Assembly (NCBI GenBank): GCA_964016885.1
Contig: OZ024744.1
Coordinates: 992,001 to 1,056,000, forward strand
DNA from: Eledone cirrhosa
Lineage: Eukaryota
DNA length: 64,000 bases
Direction: 5' to 3'
The position numbers and the translations under genes were made by a program. Shown one piece after another: positions 11,561-26,500 of the stretch (position 1 is the first letter of the stretch; each line of letters starts with the position of its first letter). The notes beneath the pieces are model-generated. The model was not told the DNA's origin and searched no databases. It saw only the letters and a list, made by a program, of their open reading frames with translations.

Positions 11561-14500
11561 GGTGAAGAACGAAGTTTTGGGGGAAGACAAGGTAGAGAAA
11601 TATAGCTCGGTGAAGAACGAAGTTTTGAGGGAAGACAAGGTAGAGAAAGATAGCTTGGTGAAGGACGGAGTTTTGGGGGAAGACAAGGTAGAGAAAGATA
11701 GCTTGGTGAAGAACGAAGTTTTGAGGGAAGACAAGGTAGAGAAAGATAGCTTGATGAAGAACGAAGTTTTGAGGGAAGACAAGGTAGAGAAAGATAGCTT
11801 GGTGAAGAACGAAGTTTTGGGGGAAGACAAGGTAGAGAAAGATAGCTTGGTGAAGAACGAAGTTTTGAGGGAAGACAAGGTAGAGAAAGATAGCTTGATG
11901 AAGTACGAAGTTTTGGGGGAAGACAAGGTAGAGAAAGATAGCTTGGTGAAGAACGAAGTTTTGAGGGAAGACAAGGTAGAGAAAGATAGCTTGATGAAGA
12001 ACGAAGTTTTGAGGGAAGACAAGATAGAGAAAGATAGCTTGGTGAAGAACGAAGTTTTGAGGGAAGACAAGGTAGAGAAAGATAGCTTGATGAAGAACGA
12101 AGTTTTGAGGGAAGACAAGGTAGAGAAAGATAGCTTGATGAAGTACGAAGTTTTGGGGGAAGACAAGGTAGAGAAAGAAATATTGGTGAAGAACGAAGTT
12201 TTGAGGGAAGACAAGGTAGAGAAAGATAGCTTGATGAAGAACGAAGTTTTGAGGGAAGACAAGGTAGAGAAAGATAGCTTGGTGAAGAACGAAATTTTGA
12301 GGGAGGACAAAGTATAGAAAGATAGCTTGGTGAAGAACGAAGTTTTGGGTGAAGACAATGTAGAGAAAGATAGCTTGATGAAGAACGAAGTTTTGGGGGA
12401 AGACAAGGTAGAGAAAGATAGCTTGGTGAAGAACGAAGTTTTGAGGGAAGACAAGGTAGAGAAAGATAGCTTGGTGAAGAACGAAGTTTTGGGGGAAGAC
12501 AAGGTAGAGAAAGATAGCTTGGTGAAGAACGAAGTTTTGAGGGAAGACAAGGTAGAGAAAGATAGCTTGGTGAAGAACGAAGTTTTGGGGGAAGACAAGG
12601 TAGAGAAAGATAGCTTGATGAAGTACGAGGTTTTGGGGGAAGACAAGGTAGAGAAAGATAGCTTGGTGAAGAACGACGTTTTGTGGGAAGACAAGGTAGA
12701 GAAACATAGTTGGTGAAGAACGAAGTTTTGAGGGAAGACAAGGTAGAGAAAGATAGCTTGATGAAGAACGAAGTTTTGAGGGAAGACAAGGTAGAGAAAG
12801 ATAGCTTGGTGAAGAACGAAGTTTTGAGGGAAGACAAGGTAGAGAAAGATAGCTTGATGAAGAACGAAGTTTTGCGGGAAGACAAGGTAGAGAAAGATAG
12901 CTTGATGAAGTACGAAGTTTTGGGGGAAGACAAGGTAGAGAAAGATAGCTTGGTGAAGAACGAAGTTTTGAGGGAAGACAAGGTAGAGAAAGATAGCTTG
13001 GTGAAGAACGAAGTTTTGAGGGAGGACAAAGTATAGAAAGATAGCTTGGTGAAGAACGAAGTTTTGGGTGAAGACAATGTAGAGAAAGATAGCTTGATGA
13101 AGAACGAAGTTTTGGGGGAAGACAAGGTAGAGAAAGATAGCTTGGTGAAGAACGAAGTTTTGAGGGAAGACAAGGTAGAGAAACATAGTTGGTGAAGAAC
13201 GAAGTTTTGAGGGAAGACAAGGTAGAGAAAGATAGCTTGATGAAGAACGAAGTTTTGAGGGAAGACAAGGTAGAGAAAGATAGCTTGGTGAAGAACGAAG
13301 TTTTGAGGGAAGACAAGGTAGAGAAAGATAGCTTGATGAAGAACGAAGTTTTGAGGGAAGACAAGGTAGAGAAAGATAGCTTGATGAAGTACGAAGTTTT
13401 GGGGGAAGACAAGGTAGAGAAAGATAGCTTGGTGAAGAACGAAGTTTTGAGGGAAGACAAGGTAGAGAAAGATAGCTTGATGAAGAACGAAGTTTTGAGG
13501 GAAGACAAGGTAGAGAAAGATAGCTTGGTGAAGAACGAAGTTTTGAGGGAGGACAAAGTATAGAAAGATAGCTTGGTGAAGAACGAAGTTTTGGGTGAAG
13601 ACAATGTAGAGAAAGATAGCTTGATGAAGAACGAAGTTTTGGGGGAAGACAAGGTAGAGAAAGATAGCTTGGTGAAGAACGAAGTTTTGAGGGAAGACAA
13701 GGTAGAGAAAGATAGCTTGGTGAAGAACGAAGTTTTGGGGGAAGACAAGGTAGAGAAAGATAGCTTGGTGAAGAACGAAGTTTTGAGGGAAGACAAGGTA
13801 GAGAAAGATAGCTTGGTGAAGAACGAAGTTTTGGGGGAAGACAAGGTAGAGAAAGATAGCTTGGTGAAGAACGAAGTTTTGAGGGAAGACAAGGTAGAGA
13901 AAGATAGTTGGTGAAGAACGAAGTTTTGAGGGAAGACAAGGTAGAGAAAGATAGCTTGGTGAAGAACGACGTTTTGAGGGAAGACAAGGTAGAGAAAGAT
14001 AGCTTGGTGAAGAACGACGTTTTGAGGGAAGACAAGGTAGAGAAAGATAGCTTGGTGAAGAACCAAGTTTTGGGGGAAGACAAGGTAGAGAAAGATAGCT
14101 TGATGAAGTACGAAGTTTTGGGGGAAGACAAGGTAGAGAAAGATAGCTTGGTGAAGAACGACGTTTTGTGGGAAGACAAGGTAGAGAAACATAGTTGGTG
14201 AAGAACGAAATTTTGAGGGAAGACAAGGTAGAGAAAGATAGCTTGGTGAAGAACGAAGTTTTGAGGGAAGACAAGGTAGAGAAAGATAGCTTGATGAAGA
14301 ACGAAGTTTTGAGGGAAGACAAGGTAGAGAAAGATAGCTTGATGAAGTACGAAGTTTTGGGGGTAGACAAGGTAGAGAAAGATAGCTTGGTGAAGAACGA
14401 AGTTTTGAGGGAAGACAAGGTAGAGACAGATAGCTTGATGAAGAACGAAGTTTTGAGGGAAGACAAGGTAGAGAAGGATAGCTTGGTGAAGAACGGAGTT

Positions 14501-17500
14501 TTGAGGGAAGACAAAGTATAGAAAGATAGCTTGGTGAAGAACGAATTTTTGGGGGAAGACAATGTAGAAAAAGATAGCTTGAAGAAGAACGAAGTTTTGG
14601 GGAAGACAAGGTAGAGAAAGATAGCTTTGTGAAGAACGAGGTTTTGAGGGAAGACAAGGTAGAGAAAGATAGCTTGGTGAAGAACGAAGTTATGAGGGAA
14701 GACAAGGTAGAGAAAGATAGCTTGGTGAAGAACGAAGTTTTGAGGGAAGACAAGGTAGAGAAAGATAGCTTGGTGAAGAACGAAGTTTTGGGGGAAGACA
14801 AGGTAGAGAAAGATAGCTTGGTGAAGAACGAAGTTTTGAGGGAAGACAAGGTAGAGAAAGATAGTTGGTGAAGAACGAAGTTTTGAGGGAAGACAAGGTA
14901 GAGAAAGATAGCTTGGTGAAGAACGACGTTTTGAGGGAAGACAAGGTAGAGAAAGATAGCTTGGTGAAGAACGACGTTTTGAGGGAAGACAAGGTAGAGA
15001 AAGATAGCTTGGTGAAGAACGAAGTTTTGGGGGAAGACAAGGTAGAGAAAGATAGCTTGATGAAGTACGAAGTTTTGGGGGAAGACAAGGTAGAGAAAGA
15101 TAGCTTGGTGAAGAACGACGTTTTGTGGGAAGACAAGGTAGAGAAACATAGTTGGTGAAGAACGAAATTTTGAGGGAAGACAAGGTAGAGAAAGATAGCT
15201 TGGTGAAGAACGAAGTTTTGAGGGAAGACAAGGTAGAGAAAGATAGCTTGATGAAGAACGAAGTTTTGAGGGAAGACAAGGTAGAGAAAGATAGCTTGAT
15301 GAAGTACGAAGTTTTGGGGGTAGACAAGGTAGAGAAAGATAGCTTGGTGAAGAACGAAGTTTTGAGGGAAGACAAGGTAGAGACAGATAGCTTGATGAAG
15401 AACGAAGTTTTGAGGGAAGACAAGGTAGAGAAGGATAGCTTGGTGAAGAACGGAGTTTTGAGGGAAGACAAAGTATAGAAAGATAGCTTGGTGAAGAACG
15501 AAGTTTTGGGGGAAGACAATGTAGAGAAAGATAGCTTGAAGAAGAACGAAGTTTTGGGGGAAGACAAGGTAGAGAAAGATAGCTTTGTGAAGAACGAAGT
15601 TTTGAGGGAAGACAAGGTAGAGAAAGATAGCTTGATGAAGTACGAAGTTTTGGGGGTAGACAAGGTAGAGAAAGATAGCTTGGTGAAGAACGAAGTTTTG
15701 AGGGAAGACAAGGTAGAGACAGATAGCTTGATGAAGAACGAAGTTTTGAGGGAAGACAAGGTAGAGAAGGATAGCTTGTTGAAGAACGGAGTTTTGAGGG
15801 AAGACAAAGTATAGAAAGATAGCTTGGTGAAGAACGAAGTTTTGGGAGAAGACAATGTAGAGAAAGATAGCTTGAAGAAGAACGAAGTTTTGGGGGAAGA
15901 CAAGGTAGAGAAAGATAGCTTTGTGAAGAACGAAGTTTTGAGGGAAGACAAGGTAGAGAAAGATAGCTGGGTGAAGAACGAAGTTTTGGGGGAAGACAAG
16001 GTAGAGAAATATAGCTCGGTGAAGAACGAAGTTTTGAGGGAAGACAAGGTAGAGAAAGATAGCTTGGTGAAGAACGAAGTTTTGAGGGAAGACAAGGTAG
16101 AGAAAGATAGCTTGGTGAAGAACGAAGTTTTGGGGGACGACAAGGTAGAGAAAGATAGCTTGATGATGTACGAAGTTTTGGGTGAAGACAATGTAGAGAA
16201 AGATAGCTTGATGAAGAACGAAGTTTTGGGGGAAGACAAGGTAGAGAAAGATAGCTTGGTGAAGAACGAAGTTTTGAGGGAAGACAAGGTAGAGAAAGAT
16301 AGCTTGGTGAAGAACGAAGTTTTGGGGGAAGACAAGGTAGAGAAAGATAGCTTGGTGAAGAACGAAGTTTTGAGGGAAGACAAGGTAGAGAAAGATAGCT
16401 TGGTGAAGAACGAAGTTTTGGGGGTAGACAAGGTAGAGAAAGATAGCTTGGTGAAGAACGAAGTTTTGAGGGAAGACAAGGTAGAGAAAGACAGTTGGTT
16501 AAGAACGAAGTTTTGAGGGAAGACAAGGTAGAGAAAGATAGCTTGGTGAAGAACGACGTTTTGAGGGAAGACAAGGTAGAGAAAGATAGCTTGGTGAAGA
16601 ACGACGTTTTGAGGGAAGACAAGGTAGAGAAAGATAGCTTGGTGAAGAACGAAGTTTTGGGGGAAGACAAGGTAGAGAAAGATAGCTTGATGAAGTACGA
16701 AGTTTTGGGGGAAGACAAGGTAGAGAAAGATAGCTTGGTGAAGAACGACGTTTTGTGGGAAGACAAGGTAGAGAAACATAGTTGGTGAAGAACGAAATTT
16801 TGAGGGAAGACAAGGTAGAGAAAGATAGCTTGGTGAAGAACGAAGTTTTGAGGGAAGACAAGGTAGAGAAAGATAGCTTGATGAAGTACGAAGTTTTGGG
16901 GGTAGACAAGGTAGAGAAAGATAGCTTGGTGAAGAACGAAGTTTTGAGGGAAGACAAGGTAGAGACAGATAGCTTGATGAAGAACGAAGTTTTGAGGGAA
17001 GACAAGGTAGAGAAGGATAGCTTGGTGAAGAACGGAGTTTTGAGGGAAGACAAAGTATAGAAAGATAGCTTGGTGAAGAACGAAGTTTTGGGGGAAGACA
17101 ATGTAGAAAAAGATAGCTTGAAGAAGAACGAAGTTTTGGGGGAAGACAAGGTAGAGAAAGATAGCTTTGTGAAGAACGAAGTTTTGAGGGAAGACAAGGT
17201 AGAGAAAGATAGCTTGGTGAAGAACGAAGTTATGAGGGAAGACAAGGTAGAGAAAGATAGCTTGGTGAAGAACGAAGTTTTGAGGGAAGACAAGGTAGAG
17301 AAAGATAGCTTGGTGAAGAACGAAGTTTTGGGGGAAGACAAGGTAGAGAAAGATAGCTTGGTGAAGAACGAAGTTTTGAGGGAAGACAAGGTAGAGAAAG
17401 ATAGTTGGTGAAGAACGAAGTTTTGAGGGAAGACAAGGTAGAGAAAGATAGCTTGGTGAAGAACGACGTTTTGAGGGAAGACAAGGTAGAGAAAGATAGC

Positions 17501-20500
17501 TTGGTGAAGAACGACGTTTTGAGGGAAGACAAGGTAGAGAAAGATAGCTTGGTGAAGAACGAAGTTTTGGGGGAAGACAAGGTAGAGAAAGATAGCTTGA
17601 TGAAGTACGAAGTTTTGGGGGAAGACAAGGTAGAGAAAGATAGCTTGGTGAAGAACGACGTTTTGTGGGAAGACAAGGTAGAGAAACATAGTTGGTGAAG
17701 AACGAAATTTTGAGGGAAGACAAGGTAGAGAAAGATAGCTTGGTGAAGAACGAAGTTTTGAGGGAAGACAAGGTAGAGAAAGATAGCTTGATGAAGAACG
17801 AAGTTTTGAGGGAAGACAAGGTAGAGAAAGATAGCTTGATGAAGTACGAAGTTTTGGGGGTAGACAAGGTAGAGAAAGATAGCTTGGTGAAGAACGAAGT
17901 TTTGGGGGAAGACAATGTAGAGAAAGATAGCTTGAAGAAGAACGAAGTTTTGGGGGAAGACAAGGTAGAGAAAGATAGCTTTGTGAAGAACGAAGTTTTG
18001 AGGGAAGACAAGGTAGAGAAAGATAGCTTGATGAAGTACGAAGTTTTGGGGGTAGACAAGGTAGAGAAAGATAGCTTGGTGAAGAACGAAGTTTTGAGGG
18101 AAGACAAGGTAGAGACAGATAGCTTGATGAAGAACGAAGTTTTGAGGGAAGACAAGGTAGTGAAGGATAGCTTGTTGAAGAACGGAGTTTTGAAGGAAGA
18201 CAAAGTATAGAAAGATAGCTTGGTGAAGAACGAAGTTTTGGGGGAAGACAATGTAGAGAAAGATAGCTTGAAGAAGAACGAAGTTTTGGGGGAAGACAAG
18301 GTAGAGAAAGATAGCTTTGTGAAGAACGAAGTTTTGAGGGAAGACAAGGTAGAGAAAGATAGCTGGGTGAAGAACGAAGTTTTGGGGGAAGACAAGGTAG
18401 AGAAATATAGCTCGGTGAAGAACGAAGTTTTGAGGGAAGACAAGGTAGAGAAAGATAGCTTGGTGAAGAACGAAGTTTTGAGGGAAGACAAGGTAGAGAA
18501 AGATAGCTTGGTGAAGAACGAAGTTTTGGGGGACGAAAAGGTAGAGAAAGATAGCTTGATGAAGTACGAAGTTTTGGGGGAAGACAAGGTAGAGAAAGAT
18601 AGCTTGGTGAAGAACGAAGTTTTGAGGGAAGACAAGGTAGAGAAAGATAGCTTGATGAAGAACGAAGTTTTGAGGGAAGACAAGGTAGAGAAAGATAGCT
18701 TGGTGAAGAACGAAGTTTTGAGGGAAGACAAGGTAGAGAAAGATAGCTTGGTGAAGAACGAAGTTTTGGGGGAAGACAAGGTAGAGAAAGATAGCTTGGT
18801 GAAGAACGAAGTTTTGAGGGAAGACAAGGTAGAGAAAGATAGTTGGTGAAGAACGAAGTTTTGAGGGAAGACAAGGTAGAGAAAGATAGCTTGGTGAAGA
18901 ACGACGTTTTGAGGGAAGACAAGGTAGAGAAAGATAGCTTGGTGAAGAACGACGTTTTGAGGGAAGACAAGGTAGAGAAAGATAGCTTGGTGAAGAACGA
19001 AGTTTTGGGGGAAGACAAGGTAGAGAAAGATAGCTTGATGAAGTACGAAGTTTTGGGGGAAGACAAGGTAGAGAAAGATAGCTTGGTGAAGAACGACGTT
19101 TTGTGGGAAGACAAGGTAGAGAAACATAGTTGGTGAAGAACGAAATTTTGAGGGAAGACAAGGTAGAGAAAGATAGCTTAGTGAAGAACGAAGTTTTGAG
19201 GGAAGACAAGGTAGAGAAAGATAGCTTGATGAAGAACGAAGTTTTGAGGGAAGACAAGGTAGAGAAAGATAGCTTGATGAAGTACGAAGTTTTGGGGGTA
19301 GACAAGGTAGAGAAAGATAGCTTGGTGAAGAACGAAGTTTTGAGGGAAGACAAGGTAGAGACAGATAGCTTGATGAAGAACGAAGTTTTGAGGGAAGACA
19401 AGGTAGAGAAGGATAGCTTGGTGAAGAACGGAGTTTTGAGGGAAGACAAAGTATAGAAAGATAGCTTGGTGAAGAACGAAGTTTTGGGGGAAGACAATGT
19501 AGAGAAAGATAGCTTGAAGAAGAACGAAGTTTTGGGGGAAGACAAGGTAGAGAAAGATAGCTTTGTGAAGAACGAAGTTTTGAGGGAAGACAAGGTAGAG
19601 AAAGATAGCTTGATGAAGTACGAAGTTTTGGGGGTAGACAAGGTAGAGAAAGATAGCTTGGTGAAGAACGAAGTTTTGAGGGAAGACAAGGTAGAGACAG
19701 ATAGCTTGATGAAGAACGAAGTTTTGAGGGAAGACAAGGTAGAGAAGGATAGCTTGTTGAAGAACGGAGTTTTGAGGGAAGACAAAGTATAGAAAGATAG
19801 CTTAGTGAAGAACGAAGTTTTGGGGGAAGACAATGTAGAGAAAGATAGCTTGAAGAAGAACGAAGTTTTGGGGGAAGACAAGGTAGAGAAAGATAGCTTT
19901 GTGAAGAACGAAGTTTTGAGGGAAGACAAGGTAGAGAAAGATAGCTGGGTGAAGAACGAAGTTTTGGGGGAAGACAAGGTAGAGAAATATAGCTCGGTGA
20001 AGAACGAAGTTTTGAGGGAAGACAAGGTAGAGAAAGATAGCTTGGTGAAGAACGAAGTTTTGAGGGAAGACAAGGTAGAGAAAGATAGCTTGGTGAAGAA
20101 CGAAGTTTTGGGGGACGACAAGGTAGAGAAAGATAGCTTGATGAAGTACGAAGTTTTGGGGGAAGACAAGGTAGAGAAAGATAGCTTGGTGAAGAACGAA
20201 GTTTTGAGGGAAGACAAGGTAGAGAAAGATAGCTTGATGAAGAACGAAGTTTTGAGGGAAGACAAGGTAGAGAAAGATAGCTTGGTGAAGAACGAAGTTT
20301 TGAGGGAGGAAAAAATATAGAAAGATAGCTTGGTGAAGAACGAAGTTTTGGGTGAAGACAATGTAGAGAAAGATAGCTTGATGAAGAACGAAGTTTTGGG
20401 GGAAGACAAGGTAGAGAAAGATAGCTTGGTGAAGAACGAAGTTTTGAGGGAAGACAAGGTAGAGAAAGATAGCTTGGTGAAGAACGACGTTTTGAGGGAA

Positions 20501-23500
20501 GACAAGGTAGAGAAAGATAGCTTGGTGAAGAACGACGTTTTGAGGGAAGACAAGGTAGAGAAAGATAGCTTGGTGAAGAACGAAGTTTTGGGGGAAGACA
20601 AGGTAGAGAAAGATAGCTTGATGAAGTACGAAGTTTTGGGGGAAGACAAGGTAGAGAAAGATAGCTTGGTGAAGAACGAAGTTTTGAGGGAAGACAAGGT
20701 AGAGAAAGATAGCTTGGTGAAGAACGAAGTTTTGAGGGAAGACAAGGTAGAGAAAGATAGCTTGGTGAAGAACGACGTTTTGGGTGAAGACAATGTAGAG
20801 AAAGATAGCTTGATGAAGAACGAAGTTTTGGGGGAAGACAAGGTAGAGAAAGATAGCTTGGTGAAGAACGAAGTTTTGAGGGAAGACAAGGTAGAGAAAG
20901 ATAGTTGGTGAAGAACGAAATTTTGAGCGAAGACAAGGTAGAGAAAGATAGCTTGGTGAAGAACGACGTTTTGAGGGAAGACAAGGTAGAGAAAGATAGC
21001 TTGGTGAAGAACGACGTTTTGAGGGAAGACAAGGTAGAGAAAGATAGCTTGGTGAAGAACGAAGTTTTGGGGGAAGACAAGGTAGAGAAAGATAGCTTGA
21101 TGAAGTACGAAGTTTTGGGGGAAGACAAGGTAGAGAAAGATAGCTTGGTGAAGAACGACGTTTTGTGGGAAGACAAGGTAGAGAAACATAGTTGGTGAAG
21201 AACGAAATTTTGGGGGAAGACAAGGTAGAGAAAGATAGCTTGGTGAAGAACGAAGTTTTGAGGGAAGACAAGGTAGAGAAAGATAGCTTGATGAAGAACG
21301 AAGTTTTGAGGGAAGACAAGGTAGAGAAAGATAGCTTGGTGAAGAACGAAGTTTTGGGGGAAGACAAGGTAGAGAAATATAGCTCGGTGAAGAACGAAGT
21401 TTTGAGGGAAGACAAGGTAGAGAAAGATAGCTTGGTGAAGGACGAAGTTTTGGGGGAAGACAAGGTAGAGAAAGATAGCTTGGTGAAGAACGAAGTTTTG
21501 AGGGAAGACAAGGTAGAGAAAGATAGCTTGATGAAGAACGAAGTTTTGAGGGAAGACAAGGTAGAGAAAGATAGCTTGGTGAAGAACGAAGTTTTGGGGG
21601 AAGACAAGGTAGAGAAAGATAGCTTGGTGAAGAACGAAGTTTTGAGGGAAGACAAGGTAGAGAAAGATAGCTTGATGAAGAACGAAGTTTTGAGGGAAGA
21701 CAAGGTAGAGAAAGATAGCTTGGTGAAGAACGAAGTTTTGAGGGAAGACAAAGTATAGAAAGATAGCTTGGTGAAGAACGAAGTTTTGGGGGAAGACGAT
21801 GTAGAGAAAGATAGCTTGATGAAGAACGAAGTTTTGGGGGAAGACAAGGTAGAGAAAGATAGCTTGGTGAAGAACGAAGTTTTGAGGGAAGACAAGGTAG
21901 AGAAAGATAGCTTGGTGAAGAACGAAGTTTTGGGGGAAGACAAGGTAGAGAAAGATAGCTTGGTGAAGAACGAAGTTTTGAGGAAAGACAAGGTAGAGAA
22001 AGATAGTTGGTGAAGAACGAAATTTTGAGCGAAGACAAGGTAGAGAAAGATAGCTTGGTGAAGAACGACGTTTTGAGGGAAGACAAGGTAGAGAAAGATA
22101 GCTTGGTGAAGAACGACGTTTTGAGGGAAGACAAGGTAGAGAAAGATAGCTTGGTGAAGAACGAAGTTTTGGGGGAAGACAAGGTAGAGAAAGATAGCTT
22201 GATGAAGTACGAAGTTTTGGGGGAAGACAAGGTAGAGAAAGATAGCTTGGTGAAGAACGACGTTTTGTGGGAAGACAAGGTAGAGAAACATAGTTGGTGA
22301 AGAACGAAATTTTGAGGGAAGACAAGGTAGAGAACGATAGCTTGGTGAAGAACGAAGTTTTGAGGGAAGACAAGGTAGAGAAAGATAGCTTGATGAAGAA
22401 CGAAGTTTTGAGGGAAGACAAGGTAGAGAAAGATAGCTTGATGAAGTACGAAGTTTTGGGGGTAGACAAGGTAGAGAAAGATAGCTTGCTGAAGAACGAA
22501 GTTTTGAGGGAAGACAAGGTAGAGACAGATAGCTTGATGAAGAACGAAGTTTTGAGGGAAGACAAGGTAGAGAAGGATAGCTTGGTGAAGAACGGAGGTT
22601 TGAGGGAAGACAAAGTATAGAAAGATAGCTTGGTGAAGAACGAAGTTTTGGGGGAAGACAATGTAGAGAAAGATAGCTTGAAGAAGAACGAAGTTTTGGG
22701 GGAAGACAAGGTAGAGAAAGATAGCTTGGTGAAGAACGAAGTTTTGAGGGAAGACAAGGTAGAGAAAGATAGCTTGATGAAGTACGAAGTTTTGGGGGTA
22801 GACAAGGTAGAGAAAGATAGCTTGGTGAAGAACGAAGTTTTGAGGGAAGACAAGGTAGAGACAGATAGCTTGATGAAGAACGAAGTTTTGAGGGAAGACA
22901 AGGTAGAGAAGGATAGCTTGTTGAAGAACGGAGTTTTGAGGGAAGACAAAGTATAGAAAGATAGCTTGGTGAAGAACGAAGTTTTGGGGGAAGACAATGT
23001 AGAGAAAGATAGCTTGAAGAAGAACGAAGTTTTGGGGGAAGACAAGGTAGAGAAAGATAGCTTTGTGAAGAACGAAGTTTTGAGGGAAGACAAGGTAGAG
23101 AAAGATAGCTGGGTGAAGAACGAAGTTTTGGGGGAAGACAAGGTAGAGAAATATAGCTCGGTGAAGAACGAAGTTTTGAGGGAAGACAAGGTAGAGAAAG
23201 ATAGCTTGGTGAAGAACGAAGTTTTGAGGGAAGACAAGGTAGAGAAAGATAGCTTGGTGAAGAACGAAGTTTTGGGGGACGACAAGGTAGAGAAAGATAG
23301 CTTGATGAAGTACGAAGTTTTGGGGGAAGACAAGGTAGAGAAAGATAGCTTGGTGAAGAACGAAGTTTTGAGGGAAGACAAGGTAGAGAAAGATAGCTTG
23401 ATGAAGAACGAAGTTTTGAGGGAAGACAAGGTAGAGAAAGATAGCTTGGTGAAGAACGAAGTTTTGAGGGAGGAAAAAATATAGAAAGATAGCTTGGTGA

Positions 23501-26500
23501 AGAACGAAGTTTTGGGTGAAGACAATGTAGAGAAAGATAGCTTGATGAAGAACGAAGTTTTGGGGGAAGACAAGGTAGAGAAAGATAGCTTGGTGAAGAA
23601 CGAAGTTTTGAGGGAAGACAAGGTAGAGAAAGATAGCTTGGTGAAGAACGAAGTTTTGGGGGAAGACAAGGTAGAGAAAGATAGCTTGGTGAAGAACGAA
23701 GTTTTGAGGGAAGACAAGGTAGAGAAAGATAGCTTGGTGAAGAACGAAGTTTTGGGGGAAGACAAGGTAGAGAAAGATAGCTTGGTGAAGAACGAAGTTT
23801 TGAGGGAAGACAAGGTAGAGAAAGATAGCTTGGTGAAGAACGACGTTTTGAGGGAAGACAAGGTAGAGAAAGATAGCTTGGTGAAGAACGACGTTTTGAG
23901 GGAAGACAAGGTAGAGAAAGATAGCTTGGTGAAGAACGAAGTTTTGGGGGAAGACAAGGTAGAGAAAGATAGCTTGATGAAGTACGAAGTTTTGGGGGAA
24001 GACAAGGTAGAGAAAGATAGCTTGGTGAAGAACGAAGTTTTGAGGGAAGACAAGGTAGAGAAAGATAGCTTGGTGAAGAACGAAGTTTTGAGGGAAGACA
24101 AGGTAGAGAAAGATAGCTTGGTGAAGAACGAAGTTTTGAGGGAAGACAAGGTAGAGAAAGATAGCTTGGTGAAGAACGAAGTTTTGGGGGAAGACAAGGT
24201 AGAGAAAGATAGCTTGGTGAAGAACGACGTTTTGTGGGAAGACAAGGTAGAGAAACATAGTTGGTGAAGAACGAAATTTTGGGGGAAGACAAGGTAGAGA
24301 AAGATAGCTTGGTGAAGAACGAAGTTTTGAGGGAAGACAAGGTAGAGAAAGATAGCTTGATGAAGAACGAAGTTTTGAGGGAAGACAAGGTAGAGAAAGA
24401 TAGCTTGGTGAAGAACGAATTTTTGGGGGAAGACAAGGTAGAGAAATATAGCTCGGTGAAGAACGAAGTTTTGAGGGAAGACAAGGTAGAGAAAGATAGC
24501 TTGGTGAAGGACGAAGTTTTGGGGGAAGACAAGGTAGAGAAAGATAGCTTGGTGAAGAACGAAGTTTTGAGGGAAGACAAGGTAGAGAAAGATAGCTTGA
24601 TGAAGAACGAAGTTTTGAGGGAAGACAAGGTAGAGAAAGATAGCTTGGTGAAGAACGAAGTTTTGGGGGAAGACAAGGTAGAGAAAGATAGCTTGGTGTA
24701 GAACGAAGTTTTGAGGGAAGACAAGGTAGAGAAAGATAGCTTGATGAAGAACGAAGTTTTGAGGGAAGACAAGGTAGAGAAAGATAGCTTGGTGAAGAAC
24801 GAAGTTTTGAGGGAAGACAAAGTATAGAAAGATAGCTTGGTGAAGAACGAAGTTTTGGGGGAAGACGATGTAGAGAAAGATAGCTTGATGAAGAACGAAG
24901 TTTTGGGGGAAGACAAGGTAGAGAAAGATAGCTTGGTGAAGAACGAAGTTTTGAGGGAAGACAAGGTAGAGAAAGATAGCTTGGTGAAGAACGAAGTTTT
25001 GGGGGAAGACAAGGTAGAGAAAGATAGCTTGGTGAAGAACGAAGTTTTGAGGAAAGACAAGGTAGAGAAAGATAGTTGGTGAAGAACGAAATTTTGAGCG
25101 AAGACAAGGTAGAGAAAGATAGCGTGGTGAAGAACGACGTTTTGAGGGAAGACAAGGTAGAGAAAGATAGCTTGGTGAAGAACGACGTTTTGAGGGAAGA
25201 CAAGGTAGAGAAAGATAGCTTGGTGAAGAACGAAGTTTTGGGGGAAGACAAGGTAGAGAAAGATAGCTTGATGAAGTACGAAGTTGTGGGGGAAGACAAG
25301 GTAGAGAAAGATAGCTTGGTGAAGAACGGCGTTTTGTGGGAAGACAAGGTAGAGAAACATAATTGGTGAAGAACGAAATTTTGAGGGAAGACAAGGTAGA
25401 GAAAGATAGCTTGGTGAAGAACGAAGTTTTGAGGGAAGACAAGGTAGAGAAAGATAGCTTGATGAAGAACGAAGTTTTGAGGGAAGACAAGGTAGAGAAA
25501 GATAGCTTGGTGAAGAACGAAGTTTTGGGGGAAGACAAGGTAGAGAAATATAGCTCGGTGAAGAACGAAGTTTTGAGGGAAGACAAGGTAGAGAAAGATA
25601 GCTTGGTGAAGGACGGAGTTTTGGGGGAAGACAAGGTAGAGAAAGATAGCTTGGTGAAGAACGAAGTTTTGAGGGAAGACAAGGTAGAGAAAGATAGCTT
25701 GATGAAGAACGAAGTTTTGAGGGAAGACAAGGTAGAGAAAGATAGCTTGGTGAAGAACGAAGTTTTGGGGGAAGACAAGGTAGAGAAAGATAGCTTGGTG
25801 AAGAACGAAGTTTTGAGGGAAGACAAGGTAGAGAAAGATAGCTTGATGAAGTACGAAGTTTTGGGGGAAGACAAGGTAGAGAAAGATAGCTTGGTGAAGA
25901 ACGAAGTTTTGAGGGAAGACAAGGTAGAGAAAGATAGCTTGATGAAGAACGAAGTTTTGAGGGAAGACAAGATAGAGAAAGATAGCTTGGTGAAGAACGA
26001 AGTTTTGAGGGAAGACAAGGTAGAGAAAGATAGCTTGATGAAGAACGAAGTTTTGAGGGAAGACAAGGTAGAGAAAGATAGCTTGATGAAGTACGAAGTT
26101 TTGGGGGAAGACAAGGTAGAGAAAGAAATATTGGTGAAGAACGAAGTTTTGAGGGAAGACAAGGTAGAGAAAGATAGCTTGATGAAGAACGAAGTTTTGA
26201 GGGAAGACAAGGTAGAGAAAGATAGCTTGGTGAAGAACGAAATTTTGAGGGAGGACAAAGTATAGAAAGATAGCTTGGTGAAGAACGAAGTTTTGGGTGA
26301 AGACAATGTAGAGAAAGATAGCTTGATGAAGAACGAAGTTTTGGGGGAAGACAAGGTAGAGAAAGATAGCTTGGTGAAGAACGAAGTTTTGAGGGAAGAC
26401 AAGGTAGAGAAAGATAGCTTGGTGAAGAACGAAGTTTTGGGGGAAGACAAGGTAGAGAAAGATAGCTTGGTGAAGAACGAAGTTTTGAGGGAAGACAAGG

